A stretch of 64,000 bases of DNA from Lama guanicoe (taxonomy: Eukaryota), in the NCBI GenBank assembly GCA_013239625.1, contig MU053594.1:584355-648354 (forward strand), in the 5' to 3' direction. Positions within the stretch are counted from its first letter, which is position 1. Each line of letters starts with the position of its first letter. The position numbers and the translations under genes are program-made. The notes below the pieces were generated by a model, which was given only the letters and a program-made list of their open reading frames with translations, searched no databases and was not told the DNA's origin. Shown here one piece after another: positions 48,443 to 60,943 of this stretch.

Positions 48443-50108
48443 CCACGGTGTATTCTAATGACTCACTTCTGTCTCCTTGCCCACGCCACCCATCCCTGCT
48501 CCCAGCATCCCAGGTGCCCAGTTAGGGCACCTTTCAGTTCTTGGTGTTTAGTACACAGTAGACCCTGAATGTTTGTAGAGTGAATATATGAATGAAAGAG
48601 GGCACGTATTCCAAAAATTTGGAACTTAGGGAAACTGGAGAACATATGTATGTCCCACAGTGCGCCCTAATGGAAATTCAGTGACTTCTAATTCCTATGT
48701 GCCCGTGCATACACACGCACAAACCACCAGTGCTTCTTTGTGATGGTACCCACGCGGCATTAAGCTATGAAGGACCAGACCTTTTTTTTCCCCCAGATCA
48801 CAACTGATACATGTCCTTTCAGATAAATTAGTCCATTAATCTTGGCTGACACATTTGGAGGGAGAGTCAATCTGCATGCCAGTGCTAGGGTGACCCCATG
48901 GCCTCTCCATCAAAACCCATCAAGAGCTGTGTCTCCACATGGCAAAAACACCGAGAAATGGCAAACACAACCTTGTCCTCATTTTTCCCCTGGTGATGTT
49001 TGTAGGCCTACACCTGGCATTCTTGGTCGCCCGTGTGGGCCAGCAATTACAAAGGCAGGAGAATCAAGGCTTGAAATAAGGAAACTGGGGAGGGAAGCAT
49101 TTATGAAAATATGAGGCCTGGAAAATCATTTATAATTTTACAAAGAACCCTTGTATGTTTATGTATAAGAATCGCTAAATACTCAGGTTAGACATCGTTT
49201 AACCAGCTGAACGATTGCCTCTGGCTGTTGTTTTTCTAGTCATAGGTCTTGGCTGTGTCACCAGCCAGCTGGGAGCCCCTGGGGGAGCTAAGAAAGTCTT
49301 GTTCTTTCCTTTTAATCCCTTTTAGAGAGTCTTGAGACCCGCCACCCACCACCACTGGGTCTAGGAAGCTGCAGGCCTTCAGAGCCCCTCTCCAGGCCAG
49401 GCTGGTCCTGGCGGGCCCTGCCCCCAAGCCCAGTGAGAGCCCTGGGAACCAGAGGATGCTGTTAGATCCAGCTCCGAGGGCTGGACAGTAATTGGCCCAG
49501 GCTCTAAGGAGCAGGCCCAAGGTTACAAAGCCCATTAGCCTTGGAAATGCTACCTGCAGAGGGACCAGGACTAGCATCAAACCAGCAACCTGGAGAGCTG
49601 CCACTTGGACAGCACATAATTTCCAAATTAGATATATCTGGGGCTTGGATTTTACGGGGCAGACAGCACTCAGAGGCAGCTCTGGCAGAAGCTGCAGAAA
49701 ACAGGCAAATGGAAGTCTTAAACGGAAAGTGATTTCATTCATAGTCAACATGCCCGGGGTTCCCGCTCCCTCTCCCCCTTTCCCATTAAGATGCAAACGG
49801 AGATTTTGTTGCCAGGAAGTCCTACTGCTTAGGTCCTGGTCCTAGGGGTGGTGGCGATGGTGAGGGATTCCAGCTCAGGTCCAGGGACTGAGTTTTCAAG
49901 CCCAGAGGAGGGGAAGGAGGTGTTGGAGTCTGCGAAGCTGGAGCTGGCTAAGAGCCGGTCCTCTTGCTCCCTTTCAACTGGATGGAAACGGAAGTGCTGT
50001 CAACCCTGTGGATTATTAATCCTCAAGTTCCCTGCCTAGAAATACACACACACACAGACCGCTGGGAAGTGCCGTACAAGTGCACAGGGTCACTGTTTTT
50101 GTTGCTGG

Positions 50109-50835
50109 TGTTGCAGGAAAATGGGGCACGAAAGGATGGTCATGTCCCAGGTCTCAGGCGAGTCTTTGGGATATTCCTGCCAAGTGAGGGTCCTCAGTTT
50201 CACGCGGGAAAGAATTCAAGAGCGAGTCATAGTAGAGTGAAAGCAAGTTTATTTAGAGAGATGTGCACCCCATAGATGAAATGCGGGCCCATCTCAGAAG
50301 GGAGGGCCACTCCAGGGCAGGGCATGGGGTCGTCTAGGAAAGTGAGAGCGGCTTAGGAGATACACGTTCCATAGGCAGAATGCAGGCCATCTCAAAGGCG
50401 AGAGGCCATGAGGTACGGGGGTGTTTAAGTTTAAAGTAAAAGTAGATTCTTACTCCCGAGTGAGGGCCCTTTCAGAAGGCAAGAGAGAGGCTGCAGGGTA
50501 TGGGGTTTGTTGGTTTTTATGGGCTTTGTAATTTCATATGCTAACGAATGGGAGCATTACTCAAGCTATTTTTGGGGAAGGGGCAGGGATTTCCCAGAAC
50601 TGGGCCACTGTCTATTTTTTAACCTTTTATGGCCAGCCTCGGAACTGTCATGGCACCTGTGACTGTGTCACTTAGCATGCTAATAAATGACCATGAGCTT
50701 ATAATGAAGCTCAAGGTCTACTGAAGTCAAATTTTCCGCCATCTTGGACTTAGTTGGTTCTAACCAGTTAACCTATCCTCAACCGCTGTGTCATTCTTTT
50801 AATGGTTGTGCCCTGCCCCCTTCCCTCCGGTCTTA
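50109..50835 (-). mobile_element. MER41-like ERV1 solo LTR, full length (copy 2), with 4-bp TSD
   Basis: TGTTGCAGG…GTCTTA termini on +, flanked by CTGG at 50105-50108 and 50836-50839. AATAAA on the minus strand (gtttattt); gaaagaattcaagagcgag U5-type motif. Confidence 0.85.
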
Positions 50836-51514
50836 CTGGGAGTTGCCCTTCCTTGTTTATTTGTACCTTTCTATGGTCAAATGAATGAATACTCACTGAA
50901 GAAAGCAACACACTGTACAAGAAATAGCCTTTAATCATTCAGACCCATTAAGGGAAGAGATACCATCTCCATTTTACAGACGTGTCTGCTGAGCCTCACG
51001 GAGGTGGAATGACTGATTCAAGGAATTGGCACAGTCAGGATTCAAAAGCAGTTCAATCTGACCTTTCCAACAGCTCCCCATGAACACATCTGCCTCTCCT
51101 ACACACGTATAAGCTTTGAGGAGAAAGAGTGTGTTGTCTTTATATCACCCCCACTGGGCCAAGCACAGTGCTTTGCACACAGCAGGCACAGGTGTATAGT
51201 TGTTAAATAAAATGAATATATTCATTTTTAGAATTCTTGTAAAACTACTTAACCTTGTCCTAAATAGCCTTGGAGACTTGGGCAAATTACCGACATTTTG
51301 TAAGTCTCTGTTTCCTTGTGGGAGCATCTTAGATGATCCAGTTGGATCCTGGATTGTCTGAGATCAGTCTCTGGTCCCAGTATCTCCTATGGAGATGACT
51401 GTGTCTCAGATGATGCACACAATGGTCCACAGTGAGCTCCGTGGTTCATTCATTCTTTTGTGGGGAGAGGGGGAAAGGTGAATTCTATTCGGAATCACCA
51501 TTAATTTTTCTTTG

Positions 51515-52270
51515 TTTTTAATTGTGGTTAAAAAAAAGCACATAACATAAAATTTACCATCTTAATCATTTTTAAGTGTACAGTTCAGTTGTGTAAGCAT
51601 ATTCACATCATTGGGTAACAGATCTCCAGAACTTTCTCATTTTGCAACACTGAAATCCTATACCCATTAAACACTTAATTCCCCATTTCTCTCTCTCCTC
51701 TGCTCTTCGCAACCACCTTTAGATGCCTCCTATAAATGGAATCACAATACTTGTCCTTTTGTGACTGGCTTATTTCATTTAGCATGATGTCTTCAAGATT
51801 CATCCATGTTGTAGCCTGTGTAAGAACTACCTGCCTTTTCAAGGCTGAATAGAATTCCATTTTATGTGTGTATATCACATTTTTAAAAATCCGTTCATCC
51901 ATTGATAGACACTTGGGTTGCTTCCATCTCTTGGCTACTGTGAATAATGCTGCTGTGAACATGAGTGTGCAAATATCTCTTTGAGATCCTGCTTTCAATA
52001 TTTTTAGATGTATACTGGAAAATAGGTTGGCTGGTAACTCTATTTTTAATTTTTTGAGAAACCTCCATACTGTTTTCCATTAAGATTTATTTCATCATTT
52101 TACATTTCTACCAACAGTGCACCAGGATTCTAATTTTTCCAAATTCTTACCAACACCTTTTATTTTTCATTTTTTAAATAGTGGTCATCTTAATGATGTG
52201 AGGTGGTATCCATTGCAGTTTTAATTTGCATTTTTCTAATGACCGGTGAAGTCGAACATCTTTCAATGGT
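51515..52270 (-). mobile_element. L1M (A/B) 3' end with ORF2 C-terminus
   Basis: Minus-strand ORF KAGSQRDICTLMFTAALFTVAKRWKQPKC…ATTWMNLEDIMLNEISQSQKDKYC. Confidence 0.93.
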
Positions 52271-52651
52271 TCATTCATTCTTAGTGGAACTGAACAAAGC
52301 TCTTCAAAGTGAATAATAAAAAGGCAGATAGGATGGGGTTCCTTGGCCTGGGTCCAGGGAGCCTGGTTATCTCTAGGAGACTGAGTAGAGGGTGAAGCTT
52401 TTCTGCTCTCCTTCAGCCAGGACAAGGTACAGAGGATGAGCTTATTGGCTCCTGATCAAGCCTGCTGGGGTCTGACAGGGGAGGAGGGCAGTCATAAGTT
52501 ATGGAGGGAAAAGCCAGAGCTTTGAAGTGAGACCCATTCATATCTAAGCCTGCTTTCCACAGCCTGTATGACCTGGAGCAAATTACTTACCCTCTCTGTA
52601 TCCTAAGTTCTTTATCTGTAAAACAGATTATTGTAAGAGATCCATATAGTT

Positions 52652-52815
52652 TCATGCTGGCGGATATTTTAACAATCAGCTTTGCAAGAAAAAATGACGT
52701 TCTGATTTGTAGCATTTATTGATTTTGTTGTGTAAATACTCAGACTGTGGCTGATTTCAAGCTGCCATCTTGGCGGCGTTGAACACCGTGGGAGGAGGGA
52801 TCCGCACAGCTGCGA
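52652..52815. mobile_element. MER63-like hAT-Blackjack fragment
   Basis: ctgatttgtagcattt…tgtaaatactc…ggctgatttcaagct. Confidence 0.65.
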
Positions 52816-54169
52816 GCTCCTTGAAGACAGTGACTGTGTCTTATTTTGGTATCCACGCTGCCTGGCTACCTTGAAGGTATTCAATACACATTTGTTAAAT
52901 GCTTTCTTAAGCTTGAAAGCAACCTGAGGAGACAAAAACGAACACGTCTGAAACATTCAGAGAGGAAAACAAGATGAATAATCAATCGTAATGACACAAC
53001 TTCCAATTTGATAAGAATCTTACTGCCTCCAAGCATTTGCAGTAAGAACAGTTAACACTTGCTGAATGTTTATGTGTACGTGAAGTGTCAATTGTCACTC
53101 AACACATTATCTCATTTAATCTTTGCAACCACCCAGTGGAGTAGATGCTGTTCTAATCATCGTCCCTAATTCATATATGAGTAAAATGAGCAACAGCAAT
53201 TAAGTGGATTCCCCAGTATTTTTATCGTTGACGTTGTGTGGGTAGAGACAGGATGTGGAGCCAAGACTTGATTCTTTCTGCCCGAAGAAGTAGAGAAAGG
53301 TGTGGTGTTGTCATTTCCATGGCATAATTTCACCTCTCTGAGAAAACTGGTTCTGAGAGGGACAGAGAGATTAAGTGACTTGCCCCAAATCACACAGCGA
53401 ACAGGATGCCGAACCAGGATTGAGACCTAGGATTTCTAATAGAATAATAAAGTGTGAGGTACCATCCACAGCAAAGGCTCTTTCAGAGAAGGGTGGCACT
53501 ACTGGGATGTCAAGTGATCAAGGAGATTTCCAGAAGACATGGAGGCTCAAGTTGGACCCCAGGGAGCTGGAGGTTGACCCAGATCAGCAGATGCCATCCT
53601 CCTGTCCTCAAACACAGAGACACACACAGACAGAGACACACACAGAGGCAAACATGTCCCCCGCCGGTGGCCCTGCCTCCTATCCCCAATGTGGAAATCA
53701 AGGGATAACTTTCAAATAAGCTCACCCCATCTCGTGCTTAGCAGCTACTGCTGCTTCTCCCATGTGCCTATTTGGTAAGTTATTTACATAAAAGATCCAC
53801 TGGCCGCTAGTTACGCATTGCCCAGACGGCACTGACATTGATCTTTCTCATGGCCTTCATCTCTGACTCCTGGAAAGGTGGTCAAGCTTCCAATTACTTG
53901 GAAAGTGCCTGTCTCCCACAAGTCAGCTGGAGTCAATCACCTCTCACTTTGAGGGCAGCGGTGCAACCACAACGGCAGAGCCTGAAGACGTGAATCCCCA
54001 TTGGAGGAGGCAGTGTGTAAGTTGTCCCCCAGGCTGGCTGGGTGTGAGCCCTGTGCACTGGGCTGGCGGGGAGCCAGATGAGGGATGGAGATACAAGGCA
54101 GTGAATTCACACAGTCTCTTGAAGGACCCACCCCTAGCTGCTGGATTTTCCTGTGAGTGCTTAGTTTTT

Positions 54170-54580
54170 GAGTCATGCAAACTGTTAATACTTTTCAAAA
54201 GGTTAAAAATGTATTTCTCAAACCATTATATGTCAGTGATTAACTTAACTCATTAATGAGGGAACCAGCGAGATGACAAAGCTAGGTCCAAAAGAAGACA
54301 GAAGAAAAAAAGTATATACATATATACATATACACATGTGGCAGAAAGGAAGCAAGCTGGAATTAGATTGCTAAATTAGATACAAAACTTACTTTTAAGG
54401 CAGTAACATCATAAATTTTGGGACTATCTTCTCTACTGGATGAAAGTCATTTGCATATTATCCATTTTCTCCATGTTAGCATCTATCATACAGGGTTCGG
54501 CCTCAAGTGGCCTTGTTACCTTATTTCCAGATTTATTTTAAATGGCTGGAAGGAATCCAGCTGTTCCTGTGCTATAGGGG
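54170..54580. mobile_element. Possible LTR78-like ancient LTR fragment
   Basis: ttaactcattaatgagggaaccag motif; otherwise degraded. Confidence 0.35.
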
Positions 54581-54800
54581 AGTCTGCCGGTTGCCGAATC
54601 TGTCTGGTCCAATTACAAATTCCAGGACTGGGGAAATGACCACAGGACAGGTTCAGGGACCCACTGGACCTATTATGAGAAGGACTGAGCTCAAAATCCA
54701 CTGATCACCTGACTTCTATAAGCCCCTACTGAGACTGGTCGATCACAGTGATGTTTTGGTTTTCCTGGGATTAATGTCAGTTCAGAGCCTGAGCAGAGTT

Positions 54801-55100
54801 CAAGCAGACCTAGGAGATACTGCAAGTTCAGCTCCAGACCACCAGGATGAGCAAATATCTCAATAAATTGAGTCTCATGAATTTTTTGGTTTCCCAATGC
54901 GTGTATAACTTCTGTTTATACTATACTGTGGTTTATTATGTGCAATAGCCTTACATCTAAAAACTTGTATATACATTAATTCAAAAATACTTTATTGCCA
55001 AAAGTGCTAACCATTATCTGACAATGCAGGTTTGCCACAAACCTTCAATTTGTAAAAAAATGCAATTATCTTCGAAGCACAATAAAACGAGGTAAGGCTG
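54801..55100 (+). mobile_element. Tigger1-derived internal-deletion MITE
   Basis: Degenerate TIRs CAAGCAGACCT…/…CGAGGTAAGGCTG; ccagaccacc…tttggtttccca…ttgccacaaaccttcaatttgtaaaaaa. Confidence 0.85.
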
Positions 55101-58100
55101 CCGTCCCTGAAAGTCAGATTATTTCCCTTCCTCTGGTGCACAGTCACCCTGGTATCAGGCCGTAGATCCCCTTGGGAAAGGCTGAGAGAAAGAGTAACTA
55201 TTAATTTTTCACAGTGTAGTAAGAATCTTCCTCAAGAGAATCTGACCTCCCCTTCATTCAAGGGATTCTGGGTCTATATATTGGCTCAAGTCTGGGAATT
55301 GAATGAGGGGTTATGACTCTCATTTTTGGCGACTCAAGTTAGACTTCTGTTCACTTGACCTAGAAGAACTCTGCTGATACAGATCAAGTAAGAATTCAGT
55401 AGATGTCTATCTACTTCTCTTCTGGGGACGCCATCAACCAGCTGATGCCACAGTCTCCCCGTGAGTCAGACTTTTCTGATTGCCGCTTGCCCATCAGAGC
55501 CTGCAGACGATGTGGGCGTTGGGGAAAGAGCCTGTGAGAAAGAGCGTTGAAATGTGAGTTCTGACCCTGCTGCTGGGTGACCTTGGACAAACTGAGAAGC
55601 CTCTCTGAGCCTGCTTCCTTAAGTACTAAAAGTGAGTAATAACCCTGCCCTGTTTGGACAGAGGGCTGTTGCGAGGGCTTTGAAAAACACAGTGATGTCT
55701 TTAAACTGTGGCTGTTTGCTCAGCTTTGGTGTTTCAGCTGGTGCTGGGTCTGACCTATTGAAGCGCTCTGGTGCAATTGATGCGATGAATTTGTTGCCAG
55801 CATTTTAAAATGAGGGGATTTCAAATGAATGTCTAGAGTTTGATCTTCTTTTGGAAACGGTGGACGTTCTGACACTTTCTCACATGGTAATGACAGACCT
55901 TTAAGAGCACATTGTCTCCAGTTTCCTGGCCCCCATCCCCTGCCCGCTGCACTCAGGAATCCTGCGTTTATTGGCAGGTGTGGCGCTAGATGCCAGGGAT
56001 CGATGCGCACAAGTGCAAACAACCAACAGTTTGGAGGGACAAGCTCCACAAATGGGTTGGTGCCAGTCTGAGCCGTAGCTCAGGAAGCCAGCCGTTCTCT
56101 GGCACTGGGATGGACCTCTGCTGGCTAACCATCACCCCAAGAGTCCTTCCTGCTCTCAGCCACCTTGCTCCGACCTGGGGGTGCCTTTTCTCTTCTCTGG
56201 TCGTCTCTCTGGCTCCAATTCTTAGAAAACCCATCTGGCTTGTCTGAGCATGTTCACTTGCAGGATATTAAGACTGGTTCTGCTCTTTCTTCAACTATCA
56301 CTCCGGCTTAACATCTCAGCCTAAGTTCCCAGGAGTTTCCCCCGGCAGATGCCATCTCTGTAGGAACCTCTCTGTGTCACTCTGCTAGCACAGCATTTAC
56401 TAACTCAGCAAATTTTCCTGAGCACCTGCTATGGGTGCCTGCCCAGGAAAGAGCACTGTGCTCATCAACCCCCCCCCTCCATGGCCTCAGCGATGTGTGC
56501 CTGCTGGAGGGGCCGGCCGCTCCTTGCAGCTCACTGCATGGTGTGGGCCGTTGCCTTGCCTGAGTGTAATGAATGCTGAGCCCTCGGGTGTTACCTGCCC
56601 ACCTTCCACCTGCCCCAGGTATCCCAGGCACCCCCTCCCTACGGATCTAGGTGGTTCCTCACCTTTATAATGAAGGCTAGTTAAGGATGTCACCTCGTCT
56701 GAGCTTCACATGGAAACACTGAGGAGGGAGGGATGCAGGAAAGGAGGTGCCCGTGAGCCTGGGGGGTCAGGGAAGGTCTCCTCTAGGAGGTGAGCTCTGC
56801 CCTGGAAGGGTCGGTGGGATTTAGACAGTGGGGCACGGAGGCAGGTGGAGAAATGCAAACATTCAAAGTTGAGCCAGTGAGGAGGGTGAGGCGAAGAGGA
56901 GGGAAGAAAACACGGAACAGATCAGCTCCAACTACAGCCGCCTTTTCACCGCCGGAGAGCAGCATTCATTTAGGAAGGTCAGAAATAGAAGACTCTAGAC
57001 TGTATCCTTCAGGGAAGCAGTTACAGGCATTTTGAGCAAGGTGATGGTGGGAACCGACAGCGCTGGCTTGGGGAGGTGGACTTAGGAGTCAGGAGTGCAG
57101 GGTGGTCAAGAAGTGAGGCTGGAGGTGGGTGTGGGAGCAGAGACTCCCAGTTCTGGCCCCCTCCTTGCATCATCCCAGCCAAGCTCGGGGGCTCTGGGCC
57201 TGGTGTCATCACACAGACCAAGCTGGGCACAGCTCCTCAAGGGGGTGGCCGAGGAGACCTGCCCTGCTCCTTGTCCACCCTCCACACCTCAGGAGGACAC
57301 GAGTGAAGTCTGAGTCCAGGCCTCTCCAGGAAGTGGGATGGGACTTGAGGAAGCCATTGGGCAGGCTGCTTTGCGCTTGACCTTGGGTGAAGGCAGTTAG
57401 CAACCCCGAGCATCTCTGGTTCTGCCTTCCCCCAGTTCTTTCTCTCTTGGCCGGACCAGGCCTGGGAGACGTGATTAATGCTGCTGCCAAGGGAGCCCCC
57501 GTTGCAATTACTGAGACACCAACCAGCTCCTTCCAAAAGGAAAATACTGTGGCAAGGACTCCTGGGCTTATTAGAGTGGGGAGCAGCTCTGATCAGGCGC
57601 CAGGAGTCCCAGTGTTTCCAGGAATAGCCAGGGAGTCCCTCCCCCCTTCCCCAAGCTGGTGGTGTGGCTGGGCTGGGGTGCTGGAAGCACAGCCACCAGT
57701 CAGCTGCCTCCAAGACAGGGCTGCCCCAGGTTGAAGCTAGACCCCTCCCCACTGCTCCCGGCTCCCCTCTGGGCGTGGGTGCTCTGCTGGCCTGTGGACC
57801 GGAGCTCCCATCAGGACTCAGGAAAAAGGTGTCAGAAGATGACTGAGCCTCCCAGTCTCCGAACTCGAGCTTGTTATCCCTGTGACTCACCCGCCAGCTA
57901 TGTTTCCTGGCTCCACCTCACAGAGCATGGTGACTTTACAGCCTGAAGGTTCTTTTTTGCTGGGCCCCACCCCCAGAGACTTCTCCGCATCCTTTTATGG
58001 GGTCTTACCTTCACGACCGCGGAAGTCTGCTTTAATGGGCAGTAATGGTAACAGATGGCTGTCCCTAGACTGACCGGGAGGACATCCTGGGCCCTCTGAG

Positions 58101-60597
58101 CACCCTTCTTCCCCTGCCGGTGGGTGGGAGGACACTGCGAACTCCTCGCCTTGGGGCTCCTCTAGGGCAGCCACACGCACTTGTTAGAAAAGGAAACCGA
58201 GGCTCAGAGGTCACACAGCTGGAAGTTCAGCGCAGAGCTGGCCTCCTGTGTCCGTCTGTCTAGTCTCCCATGCATGCCCAGCGCCGGAGCTCCACGCCGG
58301 GGCCAGGATGGTGGCTGGGCAGGCTGGCTCGTGTGCTCGTGCAGTGCTGGGAAAGCAGCACCTTTTCTTTTTCATTTTTTTCCCCCCAGTAATGTGATAC
58401 AGAAGCCTTGAAAAGTATTCAAGTTTTCTTTCTCTTTTTCCCAATGCCATGTCCATCACCCGTGCCAGGCATTCTGTGCAACAGGGATGAGCCAACGACT
58501 GCAAATGCCTTAGGAAACCCGTGGGAGAAGACCGGGAAAGGTACAGGAGCCAGAGAGGATTTTATGATTTAAGAACCAGCCTCGCGAAGCCATGCAGGTT
58601 CCAGTGCTGCAGCAGTGGGGGACAGGCACAGGGACAGAGAACAGGGAGTGGGTCTCTGGACCTCGCCCCTTGCCTTTCTCAGCCAGGCCCAGTGTGTGTG
58701 TGGGAGGCTGCTATCTTTGGAGGCTGGAGCAGAATGGGGACAGGTTTGGACTTCCTAGGGCTGCGATAAGCTCCAGGGTTTGTTCCCAGGGGCTCGGAGG
58801 GCTTCTGCACGTAGAGCGTTCTTCGCCAAGTCCTAGCTCTGCTTAGGTCAGGGCTGCAGCGAGATCACAGGTGGCCGGCGAGGGTTTCTGTTACACCAGC
58901 CCGTCAGCAGGTGTGGCAGACGGGAAAGTGTGGATCGGTCCGTGCAGCTCCTTCCACGTTGGAAACACAGAGAACACGCCTCACTGTGGCGACAGCATCC
59001 CCTTCATTTGCCACAGACACCTGCTTCCTAAGTGAGGCCAGTACAATTACACGTCTCCCTGGGGCTTCTTGCTGTTTGACTGTCTATTACCAGTGGGCTG
59101 AGGCCAGGGGGACCTGGCTTTGACGATGGCAGAAGGAGCTTGGACTCTGGGAAGCCCAAGGGGCCTGGCTTTGAAGCCCGGATCTGCCGCTTACAGCTGT
59201 GTGGTCACGAAGTTTCAGGTTCCTATGAGCAGCACCTTATTCCAGGTGGGACAGCATTCTGTCTTCACATGTCAGTATAATAAATGCTACCCATTTCTTC
59301 TTTACTTTTTTTTTCACAACAACTCGCATCAGCCTATATTGTGAAACGCGGGTCATTGTACCGACTTTGGGTACAATGCTGCTGGGAGGCTGAGCGGTGA
59401 GATGGGTAAACTCTCCATGAGAGTGTCTTGCTTTCCTGGTTGTTGATAGGGGCCTCACAGCCCCGTGGAAAAGAGGGGCTCTGCTCGTAGACCCAGAGGC
59501 TCAGTTCCCACTGCGCTTGCCAGCTGTACTAAATTATGGCCCCCCTTGGAACTCCCTGCTTCATCTGTAGTGAAAGGATTAACAGTATTTCCTTCTCAAG
59601 GTTGTTCTAAGCATTAGGGAAAAGGAGTGGAAAGTATACAGCTCCGTGTCCAGTACACAGCCAATGGTCAATGAACAATGACTGCCATTACTATTACTGC
59701 CGTTGTTGTTGTTGTAAATGAGAGTCAGTTTTCTCTAGCCCTGGCAGCAGCCCTGCGTCTGGCCCTCGATGCCATGGGGGTAGAATCTGGTCCTCTCAGC
59801 AGAAATAACTATAAGAAACACTTGGATGGCGAGGGTGCCTGGGTAATTAGGGGTGGAATCTGTGGACCTCGGGCTCAGAGAGCAGCTTCAGGGGACCCTG
59901 GAAAGGGATGAGAGGGCAGGTGAAGCCTAAGACCCTCCATTTGCTTCCCATGCATGTGTCCCAGCAGGAGGAGTGTCGGCCCCTGTGATCTCTCAGGAAG
60001 CCACAGGAGGCAGAGCGGAGGACAGGAAGAGAGAAAAACGTCCTGGGCCAGGACAGTGGGCAACTCACTGGAGCTCACAGGCTCAGGCCGTGGCCGGGAA
60101 ATGCCTCCAAGCCAGGGTACTCACAGCATCTCTGTATCCGGCACAGGCTCTGGGGACAGGCTGAGCTCAGATAGAGTCCTGCTTCTGCCGCTGACCAGCT
60201 GGGGCCGAGGACACACTGTTGACCCTCTCTGGGCCTCAGTCTTCTGAAAAACGGGAACATTATAAGAATTAAATAGAGTGACTATGCAAGGCTTATGGCT
60301 ATGCCCAAAACTCCGTAGGTGATTAAAATGACTGGGATTAAAATTTGATCAATTGGCAGGTACTAATTTGCCTCTTCTTCCTCCGCCTCCTGCTCCTTGC
60401 ACCAGAAGCTAGACACCTACCTGACGCTCTATGGGCGCCCCAGGAATGGATGGGAAGTCTCCTCTCCTCTTGGTCTAGGAGGAGTTCCGGTAGCCTTGTC
60501 TGCAGATGGGAGCTGTGGCCCAGCCCCTTCACCCAGACACCCGGGTGCCGGAGACGCCGCCCACCTGACCATTCAGTGCTCCACACTGGGACGCCTA

Positions 60598-60943
60598 TTT
60601 TTGTATGAGATAATTTTAGACTTGCCAAAGTACCAACTGCAGAAGTAGTGCAGAGCGTTCTCAGGTACCCTTCACCTCGCTTCCCCTAATGTTAGCATCT
60701 TAAGTGCCTGCAGCACAATCACCAAAACTAAGAGAGGAAGGTTGGGTCAATGCCGTAACTAAACGGCAGGTTTCATTTGCATTTTGCTGATTTTTCCACA
60801 CATGCCCTTTTTTTGGTCCAGAATCCCACATGGCATGTAGGTGTCCTGTCTCCTTAGTCTCCTCCAGCCCGTGACAGTCCCTCAGTCTTTCCCTTCGTGA
60901 CTCTCAGACTTTCAAGAGTGCTGGTCAGGTATTTGCAGGATGT
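60598..60943 (-). mobile_element. L1MC-type 3'UTR fragment
   Basis: ataattttagactt…cccttcacc…ttcccctaatgttagcatctt…gtctccttagtctcct…ctggtcaggtatttgcag. Confidence 0.8.

Noticed and set aside
4899..51066. Additional NBRE 8-mers at 4899, 9232, 19459 and 51059
   Set aside because: About 2 are expected by chance in 64 kb on both strands; some lie in old repeats and have no supporting context.
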